Shown: positions 51,087 through 61,631, numbered from the stretch's first letter. The stretch: 64,000 nucleotides of DNA from Nitrosomonas sp. (GCA_024281695.1 JAMXAE010000001.1:1538-65537); one strand, 5' to 3'. Notes: generated from the sequence alone by a model not told the origin. A program made the numbers and translations.

Positions 51087-51558
51087 TTACGTGATTTCCA
51101 AATGCGCGATCCCTGAATTGAGATCCTGCGATTGGGCTTGATTGCTTTCCAATTTGATTTTCAGGCGCAGCTCGTTCATCGAGTCGGCGTTGCGCAGCGC
51201 GTCTTCGTAGCTGATTTTACCGGCTTCGTACAATTCGAACAGTGCCATGTCGAAGGTTTGCATGCCCAGTTCCTTGGATTTTTTCATGATGTCCTTGATT
51301 TCATGAACATGCCCCTTAAAGATCAAATCGGCGATCAGCGGTGAATTGAGCATGACTTCGATGGCGGCGGCGCGCTCTTTGCCGTCTTTTAGGGGAATCA
51401 AGCGTTGCGCGACCACAGAGCGCAAATTCAGCGACAAGTCCATCAATAATTGCGCAGGCGCTCTTCGGGGAAGAAGTTGATGATCCGGTCGAGTGCTCTT
51501 GATTGGCGCTGTTGGCGTGCAATGTGCCCATGCACAAGTGACCGGTCTCGGCGAAAGC
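51087..51558 (-). pseudogene. pilU: 3' fragment of PilT/PilU-family pilus retraction ATPase (pilU), frameshifted
   Basis: AFAETGHLCMGTLHANSANQ / ALDRIINFFPEER / AQLLMDLSLNLRSVVAQRL..EVMLNSP..GMQTFD..ALRNADS spread over three frames; N-terminal half absent. Confidence 0.85.
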
Positions 51559-51582
51559 AACCCGTAAGGTGGAAGCCCGTCA
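51559..51582 (+). repeat. REP-like repeat, copy 2 (left half only)
   Basis: AACCCGTAAGGTGGAAGCCCGTCA, located at the pilU/hicB junction. Confidence 0.72.
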
Positions 51583-51720
51583 TCAATGATCGATCCGGTT
51601 GCAACACATCCCGGCAAATCCGGAACATAAGCTGAATAGTTATTTCCTTCTTTTTCAACAACGATTGCATAACGCATGATTCACTCCTTGAGTTTTACTT
51701 GCTTAAGTATGCTGTTATTT
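51583..51720 (-). pseudogene. hicB: hicAB toxin-antitoxin remnant (hicA tail + hicB 5' part)
   Basis: MRYAIVVEKEGNNYSAYVPDLPGCVATG (from 51677), truncated at the repeat; upstream ..NSILKQVKLKE* resembles a HicA C-terminus. Confidence 0.78.
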
Positions 51721-51786
51721 CGCAAATTTTGTTGACGATGCGGTAGCATAGCGGCATTCCGATAATGTCAATTCTGATCACACAAC

Positions 51787-52080
51787 ATGATGAACCGCCA
51801 GCAAGTTCTCGACACTTTACGCACACTCAAGCCTGATTTGATCGAACGTTTCGGCGTAACACGCTTGGTTCTGTTCGGCTCTACTGCGCGCGATGAGGCG
51901 AAAGAAAATAGCGATATCGATATTGTGATCGCTTTTGATGGACCGGCGACATCGAAGAAATATTTTGGCGTGCAATTTCTGCTGGAAGATCAACTAGGGC
52001 GCCCGGTCGATTTGGTCACTGAGAAAGCATTGCGCTCTGAATTAAAGCCCTTTATTGAGAGGGAAGCGATTGATGTCTGA
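51787..52080 (+). CDS. Minimal nucleotidyltransferase (MNT antitoxin)
   Basis: LFGSTARDEAKENSDIDIVI..GRPVDLVT. Confidence 0.9.
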   Translation: MMNRQQVLDTLRTLKPDLIERFGVTRLVLFGSTARDEAKENSDIDIVIAFDGPATSKKYFGVQFLLEDQLGRPVDLVTEKALRSELKPFIEREAIDV

Positions 52081-52415
52081 ACGCGAATGGCGGTTTTATC
52101 TCGATGATATGATTGGCTTTGCGGAAAAGGTACTGATTTATACGGAAGGATTGGATCAAGCAGCGTTTGTGGCTTCAGGTTTGAATTATGATGCGACGGT
52201 GCGAAACCTCGAACTTATCGGAGAAGCTGCAACACATATACCGGTTGAAATACAAAAAACCTTTGGTGCAGTGCCTTGGCGGCAGGTAATTGCAACACGC
52301 AACCGGCTTATTCACGGTTCTCGGAATTGATAACGATACGCTATGGAGCATCATTAAAGACGATGTTCCTGCCTTGATAATGCAGTTACGCCTTATCGGT
52401 AACGGTCTAAAATAA
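52073..52415 (+). pseudogene. HEPN/DUF86 toxin, frameshifted
   Basis: YLDDM..DATVRNLELIGEAA..PWRQVIATRNRLIHG, then a frame change near 52319 continuing LGIDNDTLWSIIKDDVPAL..* (52415). Confidence 0.85.
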
Positions 52416-52525
52416 CCAGAAACAAAAAAGCGTTATGGAAGCTATCCCATGGCACAGCAAGCTATAAGCGTCGCTGGCAAAAAATACCGAAAAAACTGGA
52501 TGCAGAATAACAATCAAGAGTACCA

Positions 52526-52981
52526 ATGAAATTTGAACGACTGATCACCATCATTACCAACCTTGCCGTGGTAGCGGGTATGGTGCTGGTGGTATTTGAG
52601 CTGCAACAGAACCGCGAAGCGATTCAGATCGCGCATCAACTATCCCTCGCGGGGTTAATCAGTCAAGCGCATCTGGCGGTTGCATCGGAGCAAGAACTTG
52701 CGGATCTGGTAGCCCGGGCAAAGCGCAATGACACACAGAATTTCAGTCCCGCGGATATTGAGCGCGTCAATCAGTGGGCGCTGGCATTCCTTGAACCGCG
52801 CATCAGCTCGTACCATCTCAGGAACAACGAGTTTATTGTGCTGGAAGACTGGTGCGATCTCATGCGTGATTTTACCGATCTCTACCGGCACCCCTACTTT
52901 GGCGCCATCGTGAAGTCAGACCTCAGTTACGCGGATGCCATCATGGCGGACATTGAGAATCGCTGTACTGTGAATAAATAA
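52526..52981 (+). CDS. Hypothetical membrane-anchored protein
   Basis: 151 aa, N-terminal TM followed by ELQQN; stop codon abuts the REP-like repeat. Confidence 0.72.
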   Translation: MKFERLITIITNLAVVAGMVLVVFELQQNREAIQIAHQLSLAGLISQAHLAVASEQELADLVARAKRNDTQNFSPADIERVNQWALAFLEPRISSYHLRNNEFIVLEDWCDLMRDFTDLYRHPYFGAIVKSDLSYADAIMADIENRCTVNK

Positions 52982-53016
52982 CCCATAAGGCGGGAAACCC
53001 GTCAGGCTCTTGCGCC
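52980..53016 (+). repeat. REP-like palindrome, copy 3 (degenerate)
   Basis: AACCCATAAGGCGGGAAACCCGTCAGGCTCTTGCGCC. Confidence 0.62.
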
Positions 53017-53209
53017 GCTTGCAAAGCCAGACTGTTTATCGGCTTTGGGCGGAGGGATTTGCCGGACCGGAACATATCCCCGTTCCACGCGCGTATCCTT
53101 GCATCCATCCCGCAGCGGTACCTTGCAATGCTCTTCCAGCTTGATTCGTTGTAAAATACTTGCATCCGTTTCTTAATTACCCTTCCTTGAGTTTATCCGG
53201 TTAAAAGCT

Positions 53210-53996
53210 ATGAGAAATTATCTTGTTGGACTAATCCTTTTAGCTTATTGGGGAACGTTATCAGCCAGCCAGGATGCTGATTTCTTAACTGCGGAAGCAT
53301 TCCAGTCGGGCAATGCCAAGCGCCTCGATGAATCCGCCGCGCGGTTGCAACGCCATGTGCTATGGTCTTATGTGGATTACTACCAGCAACGCATGCTGCT
53401 ACGCACCACCGATAACGCGAATATCCGCTATTTCCTGTCGCGTTACGACGGCCCTCTGGTTGCAGACCGGATGCGCAGCGACTGGCTCAAAATGCTGGGC
53501 AAGAATCAGCAATGGGCGCTTTTTGACGCCGAATATCCGCTGCTGGTGAATAAAGATAATGAATTATTGTGCTATTACTATTAGCGCCGCCTGAATACCA
53601 ACGACCGTACAGTGTTGCCCGAAGCCCGCGCGCTATGGTTTACACCGGCCAGTCTGCCGGATAGCTGCACACCCGTTTTCCAAGCGCTCATGTCCAGCGG
53701 TCAGATCAAAGTCGAAGACATTTGGACGCGAATCCGCTTGGCATTGGAAGAAAATCAAACCGGCGTGGCCACGCATGCAAACCGCTATTTACCCAGCCTT
53801 GAGGCGCTGAACAGCACCGAGTTGAATAATGCCGCGAAGAATCCGCAGCGTTACCTGGAAACCCTGAAAAGAAAAATCAAAACGCGCAGTGACCGTGAAA
53901 TTGTCTTGTTCGCTCTGTTACGCCTGCTGCGCAACGATACCAACCCGGCGTATGTGCAATGGTTGAAAGTTAAGGATCAGCTGACTGCATCTGATC
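53210..53996 (+). pseudogene. slt: Soluble lytic transglycosylase (Slt) N-terminal fragment
   Basis: DADFL.AEAF..GN..L.YVDYY..FLSRY..ADRMRSDWLK.LG..QW..F..EYP, in-frame TAG at 53582, then ARALWFT..LPDSC..IWTRIRLALE; catalytic domain absent. Confidence 0.72.
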
Positions 53997-55433
53997 GGTT
54001 GCAGCGCAGTAGTAACCAGACCGGTTGTATCGCTCGATATGGCCGCAATAACCTGTCGAACTTTATATCAGGAAGTTGATGCGGTTATTGACAATGCGGG
54101 TGTGCGCGATTACGGTTCATCGCAGATTCAGGGTTTTCCTTACCTGCGCACAACTCGCTTACTGGCTTCGTTCAGTTATGAATTAAACGACACATTACCT
54201 CAGTGGTCAGTGTGGATTGCGCATCTGGCGGATCTTGATGCGCAGGCACGTGCAATAGAGTTGCGCAATTTACCTTTCTCAGTAATGGATCGAGGAAAGA
54301 ATACCTTGCTGGATGAGCTTAATCGTTGTCGCAATCAATTGATTACAATCGAGCTTACGCAGCCGGAATACCGTGCGCAACTGCGCGCTAGCGCCCATGT
54401 TCCGGATGATTATGTTACTTGGTGGCAGGTACTTGGTTTCTATCCTATTACTGCTCCTATTATGGCTATTGGAATATCAGCATGGCATAACAGAACACGT
54501 GACATCTTCGCTACACCGCTGGCATCGTTGCCGATTACGGGTAAATTGGTACGTTGGGTATCCAACTCCATCTATCATGCCGAATTACCTGACAAATCTC
54601 TCAATGCTCAACAGATCAGAGAAATCCTGCACCGTTCGCTTGATCCGCTTGGTATTCCATCACCTACGAATATTGAACTGGATCAACTTTTCAGCACGTT
54701 TGCTCCGGTATGGGAAGTCGATGTAGCCGATGAAAACGATCGTATTGGCAGACTACATTGGAAAAATGAAGCAGCAGTAGATACCACTCAACCAGCGCTC
54801 TATCGCAAGGTTTCACATACCCGTTGGGGTGATCAAGTATTGCTTCAGCTTAATTACATCATTTGGTTCCCAGCGCGGTCGGGTAGTGATATTTATGCCG
54901 GTCAACTCGATGGTATCAACTGGCGGGTAACGTTAGGGCCTGACGGTGAGCCGTGGCTTTACGATGTCATCCATAACTGCGGTTGCTACCATGAATTTTT
55001 CTTGAGTCGTCAATTACGTTTGCGTAAGGATCTTCCTTTTGCATATTTTGAATCCCCTCTACTACCGCAACCGGCACCCGAGCAACAGCCGTTGGTGCTG
55101 CGCATCGCTCACCATACCCATTTCATTCAACGGATTTACCATGACAATGTACCGAGTGATCAGTCATCCGCAATAAATGCGAGTCAGCCGCTGCGATGGG
55201 AGGATTATGATTTGCTACGCTCCCTACCTGCTGGTGAAGGATATCGTAGCTTGTTCGGTACCTTTGGATTAGTTGTCGGAACAGAGCGATCTGAACGTTT
55301 TCTTCTATGGCCAATGGGTATTCGTTCACCGGGCGCAATGCGTCAATGGGGGCGTCATTCCACCGCTTTTAATGGACGCCGACACTTTGACGATGCTTTT
55401 CTCATCGAATTGCTATTTGAGAGGACACAATAA
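53991..55433 (+). CDS. Hypothetical protein; originally a lipoprotein with its signal peptide deleted
   Basis: 464-aa ORF from ATG 54039; in-frame LIGC lipobox at 53991 preceded by a stop; conserved-looking YDVIHNCGCYH and GAMRQWGRHSTAF.GRRHFDD. Confidence 0.7.
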   Translation: MIGCSAVVTRPVVSLDMAAITCRTLYQEVDAVIDNAGVRDYGSSQIQGFPYLRTTRLLASFSYELNDTLPQWSVWIAHLADLDAQARAIELRNLPFSVMDRGKNTLLDELNRCRNQLITIELTQPEYRAQLRASAHVPDDYVTWWQVLGFYPITAPIMAIGISAWHNRTRDIFATPLASLPITGKLVRWVSNSIYHAELPDKSLNAQQIREILHRSLDPLGIPSPTNIELDQLFSTFAPVWEVDVADENDRIGRLHWKNEAAVDTTQPALYRKVSHTRWGDQVLLQLNYIIWFPARSGSDIYAGQLDGINWRVTLGPDGEPWLYDVIHNCGCYHEFFLSRQLRLRKDLPFAYFESPLLPQPAPEQQPLVLRIAHHTHFIQRIYHDNVPSDQSSAINASQPLRWEDYDLLRSLPAGEGYRSLFGTFGLVVGTERSERFLLWPMGIRSPGAMRQWGRHSTAFNGRRHFDDAFLIELLFERTQ

Positions 55434-55436
55434 AGG

Positions 55437-56078
55437 ATGAAGAAATCTTTATTTTGTATAATCATCTACCTGCCGGCTATATCATGGGCGGGTGGTGAGC
55501 ATGTTGATATTGCTCGTTTCTCACAGGGTGATCTGAGCGGCTGGCAGAAAAAATCTTTTGCTGGCGAAACTCGTTATTCTCTGGAAAACTCGGATGGGCG
55601 GCTTGCCTTGCGCGCTGATAGCCGTGCAGCTGCTTCGGGGCGTTATCGTGAAGTCAGCGTCGATCTTAATAAAACGCCCATCCTTAACTGGACATGGAAG
55701 GTGGGCGGTATACTGACCAATAACGATGAGCGTACCCGTGCGGGTGATGATTATCCTGCGCGAGTGTATGTAGTATTTTCCGGCGGTGTGATGTTTTGGC
55801 GCACGCGTGCCATCAATTATGTGTGGTCCAACCAGCAGCCAATCGACAGTCGTTGGTCTAATGCTTTTACCGATCGTGCGCACATGATTGCAATAGAATC
55901 AGGCCCTGAGAGGATTGGTCACTGGGTTAGTGAGCGCCGGGACATACTGGCGGATTATCGACGTGCATTCGGTGAAGAACCAGGCTATGTCGATGCGGTA
56001 GCAATCATGACCGATACCGACAACACTGGGGCAACAATTACCGCATGGTATGGGGATATTTGGTTTACAGAGAAATAA
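55437..56078 (+). CDS. DUF3047-family exported protein
   Basis: TPILNWTWKV, GDDYPARVYVVF, AINYVWS, WVSERRDI..DY, AVAIMTDTDNTG, YGDIWF. Confidence 0.85.
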   Translation: MKKSLFCIIIYLPAISWAGGEHVDIARFSQGDLSGWQKKSFAGETRYSLENSDGRLALRADSRAAASGRYREVSVDLNKTPILNWTWKVGGILTNNDERTRAGDDYPARVYVVFSGGVMFWRTRAINYVWSNQQPIDSRWSNAFTDRAHMIAIESGPERIGHWVSERRDILADYRRAFGEEPGYVDAVAIMTDTDNTGATITAWYGDIWFTEK

Positions 56079-56084
56079 TACGCT

Positions 56085-56531
56085 TTAATAATTCCAATTA
56101 TGCCGCTCGCCACGAGCGTGACAGCACCAGGCATAGAGCGCGTCATACATCACCATGCCTTGTGCAAGCATGGCATGATCATCATTGAAGTTGTGCGACA
56201 ACCCCAATGATATTGCCAGTAAACCGGCGCACTGGGGCGCCAAATCAAGGCGGTCTGTGTCTGCGCCGCGTACTATGACCGCTAAATCCAGAAGTGCTGG
56301 ATTGGTTAGGTCATATTTTTTGAGGAACGTATCGAAACTGCATTCATCTCCCACATGAGACAGCTCTACGCCCGGCACATCAAATGGAATGGCCCCAGTG
56401 GCTTCGGCTTCAGTCATTACACGATCGGATGGCACAAACAGGAATGCAGGTTGTTTGTCGATAAAACGGGTAATCAACCAAGGGCACGCAATTCGATCAA
56501 TTTTCGGATGTTCGCGAGTAATCCACTGCAT
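56085..56531 (-). CDS. Chromate-resistance ChrB/ChrF-domain protein
   Basis: WITREHPKIDRIACPWLITRFID, HVGDECSFD, IVRGADT, YDALYAW. Confidence 0.88.
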   Translation of the reverse strand: MQWITREHPKIDRIACPWLITRFIDKQPAFLFVPSDRVMTEAEATGAIPFDVPGVELSHVGDECSFDTFLKKYDLTNPALLDLAVIVRGADTDRLDLAPQCAGLLAISLGLSHNFNDDHAMLAQGMVMYDALYAWCCHARGERHNWNY

Positions 56532-56576
56532 AATTCTGCTCCCCTTAAGAATTTTTAGAATCGGCTCAGTTGCCGG

Positions 56577-56927
56577 CTATTTTTTTATCCACTGACCATT
56601 GACTTGAATCCAGGTGCCTGCAGGTACTTTCTTAAATATTTCTTCCGCATATACTTTCCCCACTTGGTCAATACTCACGCCTTGCGCGGCTGCTTTCTCC
56701 TGATAGATTGCTTTGCGCTGTGTGTTGATTGCATCAGCTTCCGCCCGGATAGCCGGGTCTCTTGCAAATACATAGCCTGTATGACTCTCCCCAATGGCAC
56801 CGGATGCGCGCAGAGCTTCCAAATTATCGGCCCAAGCAAAAGTTGCACAAAGTGATAATGCCAACAAAATGGCATTCATAATTCCCAATAAGGGCTTTGT
56901 ATTGATCAGCCTTGAAATACACTGCAT
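56577..56927 (-). CDS. ydbL: YdbL/DUF1318 family protein
   Basis: GAIGE..TGY, IN.QRKAIY..A, GTWIQ..GQW.KK; third gene of ydbH-ynbE-ydbL. Confidence 0.8.
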   Translation of the reverse strand: MQCISRLINTKPLLGIMNAILLALSLCATFAWADNLEALRASGAIGESHTGYVFARDPAIRAEADAINTQRKAIYQEKAAAQGVSIDQVGKVYAEEIFKKVPAGTWIQVNGQWIKK

Positions 56928-56956
56928 AAATTTCTCCTTATCGAACGAATTGAGTA

Positions 56957-57172
56957 TTAAAAAATGCCTGGATTGGCGGCTATATCTTTCTTCGCTTCTT
57001 CTTCAAGCTTAACTCGAATATCAGCATCCAACTTAATATTGAGGTTAATCGTAATCGGTTCATTAGGCGTTTCCACTTTCACTGTTGGCGCGCATGCTGT
57101 GATTACTAAGCAGCAAAACATCAGTAATGCCATGACGGTTATTTTGATTGTCATTCGATCAATGTTGCGCAT
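56957..57172 (-). CDS. ynbE: YnbE-family lipoprotein
   Basis: TAC lipobox, PTVKVETP.EPITINLNIKLDADIRVK, terminal PGIF. Confidence 0.85.
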   Translation of the reverse strand: MRNIDRMTIKITVMALLMFCCLVITACAPTVKVETPNEPITINLNIKLDADIRVKLEEEAKKDIAANPGIF

Positions 57173-57273
57173 GATTACACTCCTTTTCTAATTGATTTCC
57201 GGAGCCACGTTTCCACTGGAATTCGGTAGTAGCATAACAGGGCTCCATGTCTTGTACTTTAGTTGGCTAATAA

Positions 57274-59745
57274 TTAATGTAACCTGAATGAGCCGCGCAG
57301 AAGGTCATGCGATAAATGATAACCCTGACGAATGGGAACCAGTAGTTTGTCAATATTACTCTCAAGCTTAATATTCACGCGAAAAACTTGCCCATTCTTA
57401 ATATTCGGATTACTGCCCAACAGAGAGAGTTTGGCTATCAGATCATGCTTTGCGGATTTATCCAAGCTCAATGACAATTCGGTGTAATGAAAATCTTGCA
57501 TGGCTTGCAGCAACAAATTCATCTCTTCGCCCGCATCTGCCAGCAATTGCGAGGCTTTCTCCGATTTGAAGCGCAGAATGCCCGGCGCTTTTGCGTTCAG
57601 ATGACTGTCACTGATGGTGATTTGATCACCCGCTAGCATGATCGGGATATGACCGTCGAGATGCCCAGTGCCTGTTAGTCCTTCGACCTGAATCAGCTCA
57701 AAAAAAGTCGCAAGATCGATATTGTCTATATGTACGAATAGGCTGGAATGAGTAGCCGCCGGATCAATAACAGTGGATTCTAACGATATGAGGCCATCCA
57801 TCATGGAGAATCGTGCTTTCTCAAGGGCAATTCGCGGCAAATCCGCGCTTTCAATTTGGTATGATACCAGCAAATTTTCCAATGGAATTCCGGCATCAAT
57901 ACTCCGAATCGTGATGGTTTGTTGAGGTAGGCTGCTGAGTGATAGTAAATTGTTTAAATTAAGTATGACATTCAAATCACTTATTTTGCCGGCTTCATGG
58001 GTAAATGATAAATTTTTCACATTCAAAACGCCATTACTGCTAGCAATGCCATGCTTTGACCAGTTGATCTGCGCACTCGCCTTAATGGCACCGGTCACCG
58101 CTTCCAAGGAAGCGAGAGCGGGAGATAACGTTTCCGGTTGCAAACGATTCGGTACAAAGTTTAACGGAGTAATAGCTAGTTTGAGCATACCATTCCCGCT
58201 ATCCGGTACATGCCGACCGGTCAACTTGAAATAAGGCAATCCAGGTACGCCACCGAGACCATTCACTATATATGTCATTGGTTTTCCATCAATGAATTTA
58301 GGTTTGAGGTTGGCGGAAAAGGAAAATGCTTTAAACAAGGACTCGGGGATCAGATGCTGCAGTTGTCCGATGGTGACGTCGGCCTTGTTCTCAGCTGCTG
58401 TTACGCCAAGATGAAGATTGGCGGAAATATCCTTTAATTGTATGTGCGATTGGGGCAATAAAATTGATGCATCATTGATGGCAAATTGCCCTTGGTATTG
58501 TTTATTTTCATCGAGTTTTCCATTCAGCGTTATTGTTCCAGGTTGAATCTGCGCTTCAAGCGGTGATGATTTTTCTTGTTTGGTCAGTAAGGTAAGCTTT
58601 GCTGGGGTTACTGTAATATCATGTTTCAGTACTATACTTTGCGAGTGTTTTACCCATTCAAAATTCGCCTGTGGGAATGAAAATCCGAGAGGGTTTCTGA
58701 AACTTAGCGTATCAATCGGATTCATCTTGCTCACTTTAACTTGCGCTGGATTGCGTAATCCCAAGCGTCCGTTATTCTGATCAAAGTTTATTTGCATCGG
58801 CAAAGAAAGAGATGCTTGCTGAATATGCAGGGGCCCGGCAGCAACCAGAATTCCCGTTGCACCTAAATCCAGGGTGCCACTCCAGGTGTCGGTTGCTTTG
58901 CGAATATCCCCTCTGAAGGTGATTTGTTCAATGCCTATTTTAGGCAAGGACAGCGCGTCTACACCTTGATTTGCTTGCGGCAAAACTGATTTTAGTGCTT
59001 CTTGTCCCGATAGGTCCGTATCGGATAGCTCGAATTCAACATGAATCTGTTGCGGTCGCATTGCTGCCAATGCAAAAGTTGTTTCACCTGCAAAACGATC
59101 AATTTTTGCTTCGGGCAAGTTCAGTCCTCCCTCTGAAATAATGACCTTACCCTGCATATTTCCTTGAGCACTCAAGGTTGCGGTTAACAGGATTTGAGCT
59201 TGCCCCAATGAACCCGAAGCCACAGCGCTGAAACGTATTGTCTGCCTATCTGCTTGGCGCTGCCCGATGTCACCTGACAAAACAACTGATAAATCACCGG
59301 TCGCCGAATGAATATGAATGGCTGAATCGCGCAATGAAAAGACAGGTAGCCATGACAGTATCATGCCGATTCCTTCTTGCTTCGATGGCGTCTTGGGTTG
59401 CAAAGTACGCCAAGGTGGATATTCATCGCTGAGGTCAAGCTTTACTTGCAAACCACTTAGTTCGATCGATAATGGCTTGCCAGCGAGCAGATCCAATAAA
59501 TCCCAATGCGCCCTTATTTGGCCAATGCGCAGTTCTTGGTGGGCACCTGCGGTCAGATCCTGCAACTGAAAGCTATTCCAAGAGACCTCAAGAACCTCAA
59601 TCGATTGAAGTGGAAGCCCCTGTTTGCGCAGTTGATCGTTGATCAGTGTTTCCAGTAGGGGGTTGCGTAATGCGTAGAGAGTGATCCCGGCGACAATGAT
59701 GAAGCCTGCGATAGCCAGCAGAAAAATGCTTAGATGTTTACTCAT
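57274..59745 (-). CDS. ydbH: Intermembrane lipid-transport protein YdbH family
   Basis: N-terminal TM, beta-rich body, C-terminal GTGHLDGHIP..PGILRF..AMQDFHYTELS..LGSNP..NIKLE. Confidence 0.82.
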   Translation of the reverse strand: MSKHLSIFLLAIAGFIIVAGITLYALRNPLLETLINDQLRKQGLPLQSIEVLEVSWNSFQLQDLTAGAHQELRIGQIRAHWDLLDLLAGKPLSIELSGLQVKLDLSDEYPPWRTLQPKTPSKQEGIGMILSWLPVFSLRDSAIHIHSATGDLSVVLSGDIGQRQADRQTIRFSAVASGSLGQAQILLTATLSAQGNMQGKVIISEGGLNLPEAKIDRFAGETTFALAAMRPQQIHVEFELSDTDLSGQEALKSVLPQANQGVDALSLPKIGIEQITFRGDIRKATDTWSGTLDLGATGILVAAGPLHIQQASLSLPMQINFDQNNGRLGLRNPAQVKVSKMNPIDTLSFRNPLGFSFPQANFEWVKHSQSIVLKHDITVTPAKLTLLTKQEKSSPLEAQIQPGTITLNGKLDENKQYQGQFAINDASILLPQSHIQLKDISANLHLGVTAAENKADVTIGQLQHLIPESLFKAFSFSANLKPKFIDGKPMTYIVNGLGGVPGLPYFKLTGRHVPDSGNGMLKLAITPLNFVPNRLQPETLSPALASLEAVTGAIKASAQINWSKHGIASSNGVLNVKNLSFTHEAGKISDLNVILNLNNLLSLSSLPQQTITIRSIDAGIPLENLLVSYQIESADLPRIALEKARFSMMDGLISLESTVIDPAATHSSLFVHIDNIDLATFFELIQVEGLTGTGHLDGHIPIMLAGDQITISDSHLNAKAPGILRFKSEKASQLLADAGEEMNLLLQAMQDFHYTELSLSLDKSAKHDLIAKLSLLGSNPNIKNGQVFRVNIKLESNIDKLLVPIRQGYHLSHDLLRGSFRLH

Positions 59746-60101
59746 TTGTCTGATTCATATTTTTATGAAAGTAACCTTTATTCCTCAAGCGGCAGCCTAT
59801 CTACAAGCGCTTTATCGATTCCGTAATCGATACCTGATTCTAGAGATTGGATAGAATCTGCCTGGTGATAGGCAATGCCCAGGTTCTTTATTGATAGATT
59901 TTTGGACACGTAAGTGAATGAAACGGCCCAGAAAGGTACTATTCTACTAGCTATCGATATCATGCTCATGCGAAACTGAGCTGGCTAAAGTGAGCACTTA
60001 CATTAAGTGTGGTTTTTACTTTTAAACTTAAACTAAATTATATTTATAATGAGTGCGCGCCAATCTCAATAGTGCCTATTAAGTAGAAAAACACTTTAAC
60101 T

Positions 60102-60690
60102 TCATGATATAAATTCCGATCCGAGAATCATCAGCCTCATTGCCCTTAGCTGCCAATCGTATGATGCCCGTGACTGGTGGCACCTCTGATATGCGCCAGT
60201 ATACACCGGGAAATTATCTAGCCAGTTGATGTCCGTATAATTATCTGGCAGTGGGACAAAATGAGGTCGACTAATCAGGTCTTCGAAAACAAGCGTGATA
60301 GCCTTTGCAAGTACGATCCGCGACAAGTGATCCCCATCGATTCGATTTGCCTATCATGTGTGTTTTGGGGACATTTGTGGTGGTAAAGTCTTCGATTGTT
60401 TGTTCTCCTACAACTCGGTTCCAAATAATCCGAACTGATCACGGTTGCCGATGTTACCGATGGGTATGCTGTTATTGGGAGGGTTATTTTCCACCCAGAC
60501 GACACCAGCTTTCTGCATCCACATGATTCCATAAATCGCCATCGAAAGAGACTGTTGCAGGCAGTCATAATTCCTTTACTCTCCCAATTCTTTTTCATTG
60601 CCTCATGGGTGGTGCCGGTAAGACTCGTGAACTTCCCAGCGGTGCTTTCATTGAAAGTGATTTGTCCTATTTCTGGGATTATCGCTAGGA
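60102..60690 (-). pseudogene. Decayed coding remnant(s), unidentified
   Basis: Protein-like fragments in shifting frames (FTSLTGTTHEAMKKNWESKGIMTACN...) between IS remnants. Confidence 0.3.
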
Positions 60691-60716
60691 TTTATTACAT
60701 TTAATTGAATTAAGAA

Positions 60717-60882
60717 AAATTCAAAACCCAGGAAGAGGCAAAGCTAAGCATTATAATTACTTGGCTTTTTACAATGAAAAACATACACACTTAAAATTAG
60801 GCTACCAATCGTCTTTGGAATTTGAACGTGTATTTTATAGAAAGTCTGCTTAAAAAGCGTTCGGCTTTACTTGATCATTAGA
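60717..60882 (+). mobile_element. IS3-family transposase 3' remnant with degenerate right end
   Basis: FKTQEEAKLSI / NYLAFYNEKHTHLKLGYQSSLEFE resembles the IS3 OrfB C-terminus (YN..R.HS.LGY.SP..FE); IR-like tail. Confidence 0.65.
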
Positions 60883-61025
60883 AATTCCCCTGACACTATG
60901 CATAAAGTTGCAGCCTAATGATTGGGTATCAAGACTTAAGTAAGATGTAAGATATCTCGAGTCAAACTTGGTACTTTATTAATTTTTACAGATAAAGATT
61001 ATTTGAAGTCTATAATCCAATTTGA

Positions 61026-61631
61026 TTATTGAACCTCTCCTCCTGGAGAATTGAGAGGAAGAGCAGGCACAGTTCCGGTATCTGATTTATTCTTAGAATC
61101 TTCTGGTGTAGCTGATGACGCTGTGCTAGGTGAAGCCAATAAAGCTGTAGGAACAAGAGGAAGAGTGGCACCATCACAGTTGACGTTGCCAGCAGGATAT
61201 CGACCATACAGTAACGCAAAATTAGTATCGATTGGGAGGCCTGCATAATGAGATACATGGACGGTATACCATCCAGTGACCGGTGCATTAGCGATTTTTA
61301 TTAATGGGCGATTTGAGCCACCGCCATCGTCATCCCGATAGACTTCACCGTTTGGTGCAACTACAACCAGTTCAGAATCAAAGAAGGTAGTTGATATAAA
61401 AAGTCGAAGGCAATGACCGGCTGTCGAGTAAACATTAATGATCCAATGTTCTACATTACCAAGTGTATCATGTAGCGTTCCATCCAATCGGACAGTAGAA
61501 CCGTTTAAAGTAGTAGTTGAGGAAACTGATGGATCGTAAAGATTGGTTGTCGCATTTGCGAAATTCGATGTCAATACCGCTACAATGGATGCTACTGATA
61601 ATAATGCAGATGCTTTCTTTTATATCCTCAT
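61026..61631 (-). CDS. Secreted PPC-like domain protein; stop codon in the signal peptide (possible pseudogene)
   Basis: FDSELVVVAPNGEVYRDDDGGG..P.I..GWYTVHV; upstream in frame ATG-AGG-ATA-TAA-KKASALLSVASIVAVLTSNFANA. Confidence 0.6.

Noticed and set aside
51087-51677. 196-aa ORF that looks like a HicB-PilU fusion
   Set aside because: Chance read-through across a hicB stub, a half repeat and out-of-frame pilU sequence; not a coherent protein.
50894-53016. Integron attC sites (TAAC...GTTAGG) at gene ends
   Set aside because: Only about 31 bp between the putative R boxes, no L boxes, and no integrase in the window; better explained as REP-like.
50898-53016. CRISPR array
   Set aside because: Three degenerate repeats 0.6-1.4 kb apart; no regular spacers and no cas genes.
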